Below are positions 24,780 to 32,000 of a DNA stretch of 32,000 bases, piece by piece. The notes under the pieces are model-generated. The model was not told where the DNA came from. It saw only the letters and a list, made by a program, of their open reading frames with translations, and searched no databases. The stretch is from Halalkalibacterium halodurans (GTDB lineage Bacteria > Bacillota > Bacilli > Bacillales > Bacillaceae_D). A program made the position numbers and the translations under genes. Position 1 is the first letter of the stretch; each line of letters starts with the position of its first letter. Location of the stretch: contig NZ_SNUY01000008.1 of NCBI RefSeq assembly GCF_004376175.1, forward strand, positions 64,345 through 96,344, written 5' to 3'.

Positions 24780-25529
24780 ATGAAAGGGGTAATTCTAGCA
24801 GGAGGGCGAGGCACGCGTTTAAAGCCATTAACGGATCAAATACCGAAACCGATGCTTCCGATAGGTGGTGTGCCGTGCTTGGCCCATGGGCTCGCCCACC
24901 TTGCTGCCCATGGGATTCGTGATATCGTCATGCTCGTCCATTATCTGAATCATCAAATGAAAGCATATTTTCAAGATGGCTCCAAGTACGGTATGCGAAT
25001 CACGTATGTTCAAGAAGACGCCCCTCTCGGAACAGCTGGGAGCTTGAAAGCAGCGGAGCGTTATTTAGATGAACCATTTGTCGTGATGAGCGGCGATGTG
25101 TTAACTACGATATCAATACAGGAGGCCATCGTTTTCCATAAGCGTCAAAACAGTCTTATGACAATGTTGACGAAGCGGGTGAAAAACGGACAAAACTATG
25201 GCGTTGTTCAAACCGGTCCAAACCATCGAGTAGTTGCGTTTCGAGAAAAGCCTACGGAAGACAAGACAAGAGAGGTTTTGGTGAATACGGGTTTGTACGT
25301 CATGGACCCTTTTGTTCTCTCTTACATTCCAAAAGGCAGTGCCGTTGATCTAGGAAAAGACGTCATCCCATACCTTGTAGACAGGAAGCTGGATATATTT
25401 GCTTTAGAAGGGGGCGGCTATTGGCGAGACATTGGCTCGTTTCATGATTATTTACAGGCAAATAACGATGTAAATAGTGGAAGCGTTCCTTCGTTTGTAG
25501 GACGACCGTCGCTTCTTTCTCATGATTAG
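24780..25529 (+). CDS. Sugar-1-phosphate nucleotidyltransferase (NDP-sugar pyrophosphorylase)
   Basis: MKGVILAGGRGTRLKPLTDQIPKPMLPI is the G-x-G-x-R signature of the family. ATG 24780 follows AAGGGGTGG, 17 nt after the fusion gene stop. Confidence 0.85.
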   Translation: MKGVILAGGRGTRLKPLTDQIPKPMLPIGGVPCLAHGLAHLAAHGIRDIVMLVHYLNHQMKAYFQDGSKYGMRITYVQEDAPLGTAGSLKAAERYLDEPFVVMSGDVLTTISIQEAIVFHKRQNSLMTMLTKRVKNGQNYGVVQTGPNHRVVAFREKPTEDKTREVLVNTGLYVMDPFVLSYIPKGSAVDLGKDVIPYLVDRKLDIFALEGGGYWRDIGSFHDYLQANNDVNSGSVPSFVGRPSLLSHD

Positions 25530-25546
25530 GTGTAAAGAAAAAACAC

Positions 25547-25575
25547 TTGATTCCTTTAAGTTGTTTTGCTATCAT
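25547..25575 (+). promoter_or_regulatory. SigmaA-type promoter candidate for rpmG (TTGATT-17-TATCAT)
   Basis: TTGATT at 25547-25552 and TATCAT at 25570-25575, with a 17-nt spacer. Confidence 0.5.
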
Positions 25576-25617
25576 TTATGAAGTGTGAAAAAAGCATAAA
25601 CGTCTGGAGGGATAACG

Positions 25618-25767
25618 ATGCGTGTACAAGTAACACTTGCTTGCACAGAAACTGGTGATCGTAACTACATTACGACAAAGAATAAACGTACGAATCCTGA
25701 GCGTATCGAGCTAAAGAAATATAGCCCACGCCTTAAGCGTCATACGTTGCACCGTGAGACAAAATAA
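25618..25767 (+). CDS. rpmG: 50S ribosomal protein L33 (49 aa), Cys-poor (C-minus) type
   Basis: Below the ORF-track cutoff. GGAGGG lies upstream of the ATG. The product is [49 protein letters not shown]. Confidence 0.92.
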   Translation: MRVQVTLACTETGDRNYITTKNKRTNPERIELKKYSPRLKRHTLHRETK

Positions 25768-25797
25768 GCAGTTGGTCATGCCACTGCTTATTTTTTT
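25766..25797 (+). terminator. Terminator after rpmG
   Basis: AAGCAGTtGG-tcatg-CCACTGCTT followed by ATTTTTTT. Confidence 0.6.
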
Positions 25798-26016
25798 ATT
25801 TCACCTGAGGAAAGTTTAACTTCTATAAATGATGAGTGTATTCCGGCGTTAAGTCTTGGCAGTAAGCTAAGCTTTTCTAAACTATAACGTTATGTATAAT
25901 AAAGACTAGGAGAGTCTCTCTGTCATTGAAATGTAGCTAGAATGAAATATAGAATACCTGACGCCTCGGTCATTTTCATGTAAGATTGAAAGAGATTGTT
26001 CGTGGGAGAGTGAGGT

Positions 26017-26577
26017 ATGGAGGAGAAAAAAGCTTTACGGAATAGAATAATAAAATTGCTACGATCCCAACCTGAGCAACAGCGGAAGGAAGGATCGCAA
26101 AGAGTTGCTGATATCCTTTTTTCACTGCCAGAATGGAACGAAGCTGACGCAATTGGTATCACCATATCCCTACCCCATGAAGTGCAGACAGAACTGATCA
26201 TTTCCCGAGGATGGGAAGAGGGGAAACAAATAGCGGTTCCAAGAGTTAAAAAAGGGACAACGCAAATGACTTTTTATGAAATTCATTCGTTTTCGGTTTT
26301 AGAAGATACATTTTTCGGTTTGCGTGAACCGAAACCATCTGAATGCAGACAGATAGATGGTCAGGAGTTAGATTTACTCCTAGTCCCAGGGGTCGCCTTT
26401 GATCAAAAAGGAAACCGCCTAGGCTATGGTGGGGGTTACTATGATCGATTTCTACATTCCTATAAAGGGAAGACAATCGCTCTCGCGTACTCGCAGCAAC
26501 TTGTGGAATCTGTTCCGACCGATGAACGGGATGAGCGGGTTCAAATGATTGTCACTGAACGAGGGGTGTACCGATGA
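26017..26577 (+). CDS. yqgN: 5-formyltetrahydrofolate cyclo-ligase
   Basis: K-ALR...I start and the family motif LLLVPGVAFDQKGNRLGYGGGYYDRFL. Its position after rpmG matches B. subtilis yqgN. Confidence 0.85.
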   Translation: MEEKKALRNRIIKLLRSQPEQQRKEGSQRVADILFSLPEWNEADAIGITISLPHEVQTELIISRGWEEGKQIAVPRVKKGTTQMTFYEIHSFSVLEDTFFGLREPKPSECRQIDGQELDLLLVPGVAFDQKGNRLGYGGGYYDRFLHSYKGKTIALAYSQQLVESVPTDERDERVQMIVTERGVYR

Positions 26578-27362
26578 TTGTCCTTGCATTGCTAGGGGTT
26601 TTGTTACTCTCTGTGTATGCCTACAAGACTAAAAAGCTAACCCTCTCTGGAGCGATTTCTGCCTTTGTAGTAGGGGCACTTATTTCCTTTGGTCTTGGCT
26701 TTAAAGGCTTGCTCCTTTTGGCGATCTTCTTTTTTACGTCGGGATTTTGGAGTCGTTTTTATCAAGAACGAAAGGAAAATGAAATTACGGCGAAAGGTTC
26801 CACACGGGACGGCTGGCAAGTGTTGGCCAACGGTGGATTTGCTGCGATTTGTGCCCTGTTATTTTCCATTTTGCAGGACCCAATTTACATTTGTGGATTC
26901 GTAGCAAGCTTAGCTGCAGCAAATGCTGATACATGGGCTTCCGAAGTAGGGCCGCTTGCAAAAAGAAGGCCGATACATATTATTAAGTGGAAGCCGGTCG
27001 ATGCAGGGACATCAGGAGCTGTGTCTGCCATTGGTACGGCGGCAGCTTTTGCAGGGTCGTTTATCATTGTCGTTGTGAGTATCTTTTTTTGGTGGTCGAG
27101 TTCCTTTGCTAGCCATCATCTTTTGTTTAGTTTGACGCTGGCAGGCTTTTTAGGGAATCTTTTTGACACGTTGGTTGGAGCAACGGGTCAAGTGCTATAC
27201 CAATGTCCGCGCTGTGGGCTGGAAACGGAACGGAAAATTCATTGTAACGGGCCAACCGAGAAAAAATATGGACTTCGCTTTTTAAATAATGATACGGTGA
27301 ATGCTATTTGTACTGGAACAGGTGCTCTTTTTGGGATCGTCGCAGGTCTTATCTTGCTATAA
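26574..27362 (+). CDS. DUF92 (TMEM19/COG1836) integral membrane protein
   Basis: AANADTWASEVG, GTSGAVSAIGTAAAFAGS, LFDTLVGATGQ and NNDTVN are conserved DUF92 blocks. The start overlaps the upstream stop (ATGA). Confidence 0.8.
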   Translation: MIVLALLGVLLLSVYAYKTKKLTLSGAISAFVVGALISFGLGFKGLLLLAIFFFTSGFWSRFYQERKENEITAKGSTRDGWQVLANGGFAAICALLFSILQDPIYICGFVASLAAANADTWASEVGPLAKRRPIHIIKWKPVDAGTSGAVSAIGTAAAFAGSFIIVVVSIFFWWSSSFASHHLLFSLTLAGFLGNLFDTLVGATGQVLYQCPRCGLETERKIHCNGPTEKKYGLRFLNNDTVNAICTGTGALFGIVAGLILL

Positions 27363-27387
27363 GGCTGAATAGGAAAGGAGTCTCATC

Positions 27388-28410
27388 ATGACTGACAGAC
27401 TGGAAGAACGCTATTCACGGCAAATGCTCTTTGCCCCCATCGGAAAAGAGGGGCAACAGAAATTGCAGAACAGTGCTGTCCTCATTGTCGGAATTGGTGC
27501 ACTAGGGACCGTACTTGCCAATCATTTTGTCCGAGCAGGAATCGGTCACGTTCGAATGGTGGATCGAGATTATGTCGAGGCTAGTAACTTGCAAAGGCAG
27601 TTATTGTTTGATGAAGATGATGTACGAGAGTGTTTGCCAAAAGCGGTCGCAGCACAGCAAAAACTACAGAAAGTGAACAGCGACATCAAAGTAGAGGGGA
27701 TCGTCGCTGATGTAACAGTTGAAAACATTCATGAGTTGATGGAAGGTATGGATTTAGTCCTTGACGGTACGGACAATTTCCAAACACGGTTTCTTATCAA
27801 TGACGCTTGTTTTCAAATGGGCCTCCCGTTTATTTACGGTGGGGCCGTAAGTTCAAGGGGCATGACGGCGATGTTTATTCCAGAAAAAACGCCATGCTTA
27901 CGCTGTTTTATTCAAGAAGGACAGGGGTCAGGACAAACATGTGACACAGTAGGTGTTTTAGGTCCTGTCGTTGATATCGTTGCCTCGTTTCAAGCGATTG
28001 AGGCGTTAAAATATTTAACGGACAATGAGCAGGCTTACCGTCACAGTCTCATGAGCTTTGACGTATGGCGAAATCATCGATACGATATGAATTTTGCAGC
28101 GGCAAAAGCCAATTGTCCCACATGTGGAACTAAAGCATTTCCGGCGTTACACCCTGCGGCACACGATTCAGTTACTTCCCTATGCGGGCGTGAAACGGTC
28201 CAAGTTCATACCGGTAGGCCGTTCGATCTTTCAGAATGGGGAAAGCGCCTTGATAGGATCGCTGACGTACAGACTACTCCGTTTTTAGTAAGAGTACAAT
28301 TAACCGAAGGCGAGCGACTCGTTTTGTTTAAAGATGGACGGGTGCTCGTCCAAGGGACAGAAGACGTGTCACGAGCGAAAACACTTGTGAGCAAATACAT
28401 CGGGCTATAA
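27388..28410 (+). CDS. ThiF/MoeB family adenylyltransferase (E1-like)
   Basis: RYSRQMLF, Rossmann motif GIGALGT, DRDYVEASNLQRQ, and two CxxC pairs (CLRC, CPTC). At 340 aa its length is like Bacillus ThiF/MoeB. Confidence 0.85.
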   Translation: MTDRLEERYSRQMLFAPIGKEGQQKLQNSAVLIVGIGALGTVLANHFVRAGIGHVRMVDRDYVEASNLQRQLLFDEDDVRECLPKAVAAQQKLQKVNSDIKVEGIVADVTVENIHELMEGMDLVLDGTDNFQTRFLINDACFQMGLPFIYGGAVSSRGMTAMFIPEKTPCLRCFIQEGQGSGQTCDTVGVLGPVVDIVASFQAIEALKYLTDNEQAYRHSLMSFDVWRNHRYDMNFAAAKANCPTCGTKAFPALHPAAHDSVTSLCGRETVQVHTGRPFDLSEWGKRLDRIADVQTTPFLVRVQLTEGERLVLFKDGRVLVQGTEDVSRAKTLVSKYIGL

Positions 28411-28465
28411 CGATGGATAAAATCCTTCATCATTTGGAAAAGTAACGAAGAAGGAGGGATTATCT

Positions 28466-28663
28466 GTGTTTGGTCGAATTGTATCGGTTGTCGCTTTAAT
28501 TGGTTCTCTTTATTTTGCCGTGAAATACAGGTATCGTGTGCTTAATGCGATGCTGGGGCAGCGCTGGTTACGACGAATAGCGGTATCATTTGCCATGCAA
28601 ATACCGTTTGTTCGTAACAACCTCATGGGGAATTTGTTCAACCAACGCAGCCCGCAAGGATAA
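28466..28663 (+). CDS. Small hypothetical membrane protein (65 aa)
   Basis: GTG start 7 nt after GAAGGAGGG. N-terminal TM helix IVSVVALIGSLYFAV. A strong terminator follows. Confidence 0.45.
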   Translation: MFGRIVSVVALIGSLYFAVKYRYRVLNAMLGQRWLRRIAVSFAMQIPFVRNNLMGNLFNQRSPQG

Positions 28664-28673
28664 CGAACTGGGC

Positions 28674-28721
28674 AACGCCTCTGAAAATCGCTAATGCTTA
28701 TGCGATTTTAGGGGCGTTTTT
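28674..28721 (+). terminator. Long-stem rho-independent terminator
   Basis: AACGCCTCT(g)AAAATCGC ... GCGATTTTAGGGGCGTT, 17 bp with one bulge, followed by TTTTT. Confidence 0.7.
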
Positions 28722-28732
28722 CATAGAAGCGT

Positions 28733-28740
28733 CTTTTTTC
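28733..28740. repeat. Left 8-bp target-site duplication (CTTTTTTC) of the IS
   Basis: Identical octamer at 30125-30132, immediately outside the other IS end. Confidence 0.75.
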
Positions 28741-30124
28741 GGCTCTACAATAAATGTTGGGGTTTTTGCACAAAAGAGGGGCAAAAAAAATGCACGCAGG
28801 CTCCTTTATCCATTATCCTTGAATTGTCCAGAAACAAAGAAAGGATAGGAGCTGCGTGTACGATGAATTTTACCATGGATTTGCCCGGATTAAAAGGTGT
28901 GAAGGTCACAAAGATGGAGGAACGAGAGGGCTTTATCGCGCTCCATGTAGAAATGCCGCGAACGCCTCATCGTTGCCCATCCTGCGGGGAGAGAACCGAG
29001 AGAATCCATGATTACCGCATCCAAAAAGTTCAACATCTCAAGCTCTTTGAACGGTGGGTGTATCTATTCTATCGAAAGCGCCGGTACGCGTGCAGATGCG
29101 GGAAGCGGTTTGCGGAGAAAGCCTGTTTTGTAGAGCGATATCAGCGTCAGACAGTGGAATGGAATCAAGCGTTTCGCTTACGGCTCATTCAAGGGAAGAA
29201 CTTTACGGACACAGCGAATCAATTCCAAACGTCCGTGACAACTGCCATGCGCCGGTTTGATCAATTGGCGGCCCCCCTCGTGAAGAAGGTGGATCACCTT
29301 CCTCCTCGGATTGCGATTGATGATTACAAAGGGGATACGAAAGCGGGGAAATATCAAGTGATCATTGCGGATGCAGATACACGGAAGCCACTGGATATCT
29401 TACCGGATCGTAAAGCCGATACGCTTAAACGATATCTTCAAGAGAAGGGTCATCAGGTGAAAACAGTCGTGATGGATCTCAGTTATACCTTCAAGTCGGC
29501 TGTTCAAAAGGCCTTAGGCCACCCGCTCATCATTGGGGATCCGTTCCATTTCTGTCGTTACCTCTACTGGGCTCTGGAAGGGGTTCGCCGCCGAGTGCAA
29601 AAAGCGTTCCATCCGTATCATCGAAAACGATGTAAACGGATCAAACATCTGTTTCAGAAAGAGAGAGAAGGACTGGAGGATAAGCAAAAGAAGAAGGTGG
29701 AGCGGTACCTAGAGCTATCCCCTGATTTAAGGGAAGCGTATGAGCTAAAAGAACATTTTCGTCGGTGGTATCAAGAAGCGAAGATGCAAGGAACGGAAGG
29801 ACGAATGAGCGAGGTGAAGCAAGGGCTCTACGCCTTTTACCGAAGAGAGGAGGCGAGCCCGTTAAAGGAGTTCCACCGAGCCAGTCAGACGCTGAAGAAC
29901 TGGCAGACCGAGATCTTGAATAGCTTCGCGGTTGGCTTAAACAATGGTTTTATTGAAGGACTGAATAATCAAACGAAGGTGATTAAGAGAAATGCCTTTG
30001 GTTTTCGGCGTTATGATCGCTTGCGAAACCGTATTCTCTTGCATCATCAATTCAAACATCAAACATTCGGGGTAGGATAAGAGGGGCTCGCCCTCCTATC
30101 CACCCCAACATTTGACTAAGAACC
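28741..30124 (+). mobile_element. ISL3-family insertion sequence, 1384 bp, intact
   Basis: Terminal inverted repeats GGCTCTACAATAAATGTTGGGGT (left) and GGTTCTTAGTCAAATGTTGGGGT (right, reverse complement) match at 17 of 23 positions and begin GG(C/T)TCT as is typical for ISL3. There is a single transposase ORF and an 8-bp direct repeat at both flanks. Confidence 0.85.
28863..30080 (+). CDS. ISL3 family transposase
   Basis: N-terminal zinc-finger region HRCPSCGERTERIHDY...YACRCGKRF, then the DDE region (IAIDDYKG..., VVMDLSYTF..., FIEGLNNQTKVIKRNAFGFR). The start is placed at ATG 28863 within ORF 28824..30080. Confidence 0.9.
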   Translation: MNFTMDLPGLKGVKVTKMEEREGFIALHVEMPRTPHRCPSCGERTERIHDYRIQKVQHLKLFERWVYLFYRKRRYACRCGKRFAEKACFVERYQRQTVEWNQAFRLRLIQGKNFTDTANQFQTSVTTAMRRFDQLAAPLVKKVDHLPPRIAIDDYKGDTKAGKYQVIIADADTRKPLDILPDRKADTLKRYLQEKGHQVKTVVMDLSYTFKSAVQKALGHPLIIGDPFHFCRYLYWALEGVRRRVQKAFHPYHRKRCKRIKHLFQKEREGLEDKQKKKVERYLELSPDLREAYELKEHFRRWYQEAKMQGTEGRMSEVKQGLYAFYRREEASPLKEFHRASQTLKNWQTEILNSFAVGLNNGFIEGLNNQTKVIKRNAFGFRRYDRLRNRILLHHQFKHQTFGVG

Positions 30125-30132
30125 CTTTTTTC
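30125..30132. repeat. Right 8-bp target-site duplication (CTTTTTTC) of the IS
   Basis: Identical to 28733-28740. Confidence 0.75.
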
Positions 30133-30174
30133 GAGCGAATGGATGCAAAATCATCCAACTATCGGCCCCAGTCT

Positions 30175-30183
30175 TGTTATACT
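30175..30183 (+). promoter_or_regulatory. Extended -10 promoter candidate for gluP (TGtTATACT)
   Basis: TG at 30175-30176 and TATACT at 30178-30183, 42 nt upstream of the ATG. Confidence 0.35.
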
Positions 30184-30224
30184 AAGGGTATGTCTGATTC
30201 CCCCTATAAAGAAAAGGTGAGACG

Positions 30225-31769
30225 ATGAATGTTATGAGGCATGATTTATATTTTTGGCAAGTGGTGCATCATCTCGTTGTTGAAGAAGGTTATCGCGTGC
30301 TCGATATGGAGCAGAGCGAAGTATGGCTTGAATCTGATGCTTTGAAAGATCGAACCGTTATTCGAATCAAACGGATCGATGTGGATTGGGGCAATCAGTT
30401 GCGGGCTGATTTCGAACAGGTTCGTAAAAAAATGCTTTGGTTAAAACGGCAATTGGGTGTCCGCCGTCTTCGGGGAGAAGCGATCTATGTGACGATGTAT
30501 CCTCCTGTCGATGATTGGTCCTCGTTTGAAGCTGAAGAGAAGCTAGATCGAAATGGGAATGTCACACTACGTCCGACGCTCATTGTTGCGGAAGAATCAG
30601 AACGTAAAGCGACAATTGCCGCCGTGAATGAACGATTGTCTATCCATCTTCCTCACGTAGCGCTTTTAGATGAAGATGGCTACCAGATGGAGCAAATGGC
30701 CCGTTATCTGCGGCAACAAATTCGTCATACGGCCAATGCCACTCAGCAAAAAGAACGGAGATTGTTTCAATACGGTAAGCCCTATGCAACCTATGGGTTG
30801 CTCGTTGTCATTGCTTTCATGTACGTCCTGCTTGAAATGAACGGAGGGAGTACCGATATGCCAACGCTTATTGAGTTTGGGGCAAAATACAATCCAGCCA
30901 TAGCGGATGGCGAATGGTGGCGCCTTTTATCCTCGATGTTTTTACATATTGGAATTCTTCACTTCATGATGAATTCATTAGCTCTTTTTTACTTAGGGGG
31001 AACGGTTGAACGAATTTATGGCACGAGTCGATTTTTCATTATTTACTTCATTGCTGGTTTGGCGGGTTCAATCGCCAGTTTTGCTTTAAATGCCCACGTT
31101 TCAGCAGGGGCTTCTGGGGCGATCTTTGGATGCTTCGGTGCGTTGCTGTACTTCGGAACCGTCCACAAAAAGCTGTTTTTTCGAACGATGGGGTCTTCTG
31201 TTTTGCTCATTCTTGTTTTCAACCTCGCGTTCGGTTTTATCATTCCGATGATTGATAACGGGGCACACATTGGTGGGCTCATTGGGGGCTTCCTTGCTTC
31301 TGCGGTGGTCCATTTACCGAACCATCGGCCAAGGTTACGCCAGCTTAGTTTTTTGCTACTTACAGTTCTAGCTCTTATCGGTTCATTTGCCTTTGGGTTT
31401 GTAAACGAACATAAGGCTGGCGCTGATCTTTTGGCCTTGCAAAATGCGCAAGACCTCATTGAGGCCGAAGATATAGAAGCGGCGTATGAGGTGTTACTGG
31501 AAAGTGTAGAAAAAGGGAATGAGCGTGCGGAAGCTTATTTCCTCTTGTCTTATACAGAGGCCGTGCTCGGGAAATACGAGGAGGCCGAGGAGCATTTACA
31601 AAAAACGATTGACTTAGAGCCAAAGATGCACGAAGCTCATTATAATCTGGCCCTCGTTTATGATGAATTAGATGAGAGACAGAAGGCGCTTGAATCTGCT
31701 CAAGAGGCTGTTCGGCTTGATCCAGGCAATGAAAAGTATGAAACGTTTCTTCGCTCCTTAGAAGAATAA
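30225..31769 (+). CDS. gluP: Rhomboid intramembrane serine protease with an N-terminal cytosolic domain and C-terminal TPR repeats (YqgP/GluP type)
   Basis: WWRLLSSMFLHIGILHFMMN, catalytic GASGAIFG and NGAHIGGLIGG. The C-terminus has TPR-like AEAYFLLSYTEAVLGKYEEAEEHLQKTIDLEPKMHEAHYNLALVY. Confidence 0.88.
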   Translation: MNVMRHDLYFWQVVHHLVVEEGYRVLDMEQSEVWLESDALKDRTVIRIKRIDVDWGNQLRADFEQVRKKMLWLKRQLGVRRLRGEAIYVTMYPPVDDWSSFEAEEKLDRNGNVTLRPTLIVAEESERKATIAAVNERLSIHLPHVALLDEDGYQMEQMARYLRQQIRHTANATQQKERRLFQYGKPYATYGLLVVIAFMYVLLEMNGGSTDMPTLIEFGAKYNPAIADGEWWRLLSSMFLHIGILHFMMNSLALFYLGGTVERIYGTSRFFIIYFIAGLAGSIASFALNAHVSAGASGAIFGCFGALLYFGTVHKKLFFRTMGSSVLLILVFNLAFGFIIPMIDNGAHIGGLIGGFLASAVVHLPNHRPRLRQLSFLLLTVLALIGSFAFGFVNEHKAGADLLALQNAQDLIEAEDIEAAYEVLLESVEKGNERAEAYFLLSYTEAVLGKYEEAEEHLQKTIDLEPKMHEAHYNLALVYDELDERQKALESAQEAVRLDPGNEKYETFLRSLEE

Positions 31770-32000
31770 ACGTGTCATTCGTTCATCTGTTCCACCGTAA
31801 GAAATGGTATAATTTAGCCTCGAACATCATTCGAGAGTAGAGAGGCAACTTCGACTCTACTCGGCATAAAAGGCTATAAGAGCTTGTTCAAAAAGCCATA
31901 AAATCCGAAAAAAAATAAAAATGCACCTTAGCGAAAAATGGTAAAATGGAAGTAACGAATCAACCAAAAATACCAATTTGCGAGGTGCATTTTCATGGAT

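Noticed and set aside
27363-27387. Looked for a TPP riboswitch or other leader ahead of the ThiF-like gene.
   Set aside because: Only 25 nt of spacer containing an SD is available, so there is no room for a riboswitch.
28466-28663. The small ORF after the ThiF-like gene as a ThiS/MoaD-type sulfur carrier.
   Set aside because: The product has an N-terminal TM helix, is basic, and ends in ...SPQG rather than Gly-Gly. It has no beta-grasp-like pattern.
1-32000. Scanned for CRISPR-like regularly spaced repeats, long tandem repeats, phage or integrase genes, toxin-antitoxin pairs, and restriction or defence genes.
   Set aside because: None was seen. The only repeats found are the IS termini and target duplications, tRNA-internal similarity, and short regulatory repeats reported above.

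Overview
This is a chromosomal, mostly housekeeping segment of a Bacillaceae-type Firmicute genome, with strong Shine-Dalgarno sites, sigmaA-like promoters and rho-independent terminators. From memory, gene order is colinear with the Bacillus subtilis zur-yqfW-yqfX-ispG-yqfZ ... sodA-yqgE-pbpA ... yqgM-rpmGA-yqgN-gluP region, with lineage-specific additions. An alkaliphilic Bacillus/Halalkalibacterium-like host is only a guess. Contents, left to right:
- ppk (partial, runs off the left edge, absent from the ORF track) and ppx, both on the minus strand.
- A znuC-znuB-zur zinc operon with a candidate Zur box.
- Two tiny sporulation-type genes: a 35-aa YjcZ-like ORF below the ORF-track cutoff, and a DUF1540 gene.
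- A YqfW-type nucleotidase whose 3' end looks frameshifted.
- ispG, two MFS transporters, and DUF1002, orphan NfeD and DUF1189 proteins.
- A Na/Pi cotransporter preceded by a PhoP-box-like direct-repeat array.
- A four-tRNA operon (Asn, Met, Ile2-CAT, Ser), a GNAT gene and sodA.
- pbpA, preceded by a ~420-nt structured leader or candidate sRNA.
- An operon of DUF4912/HTH, a GH57::GT4 fusion and a nucleotidyltransferase. This is the best candidate for an under-described system: a self-contained alpha-glucan synthesis and branching module.
- rpmG (L33, also missing from the ORF track), 5-formyl-THF cyclo-ligase, DUF92 and a ThiF/MoeB-like E1.
- An intact 1384-bp ISL3-family IS with 8-bp target-site duplications, then rhomboid protease GluP.

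I saw no CRISPR array, prophage, toxin-antitoxin pair or obvious defence island. All family calls rest on motif recognition by eye, not on database searches.
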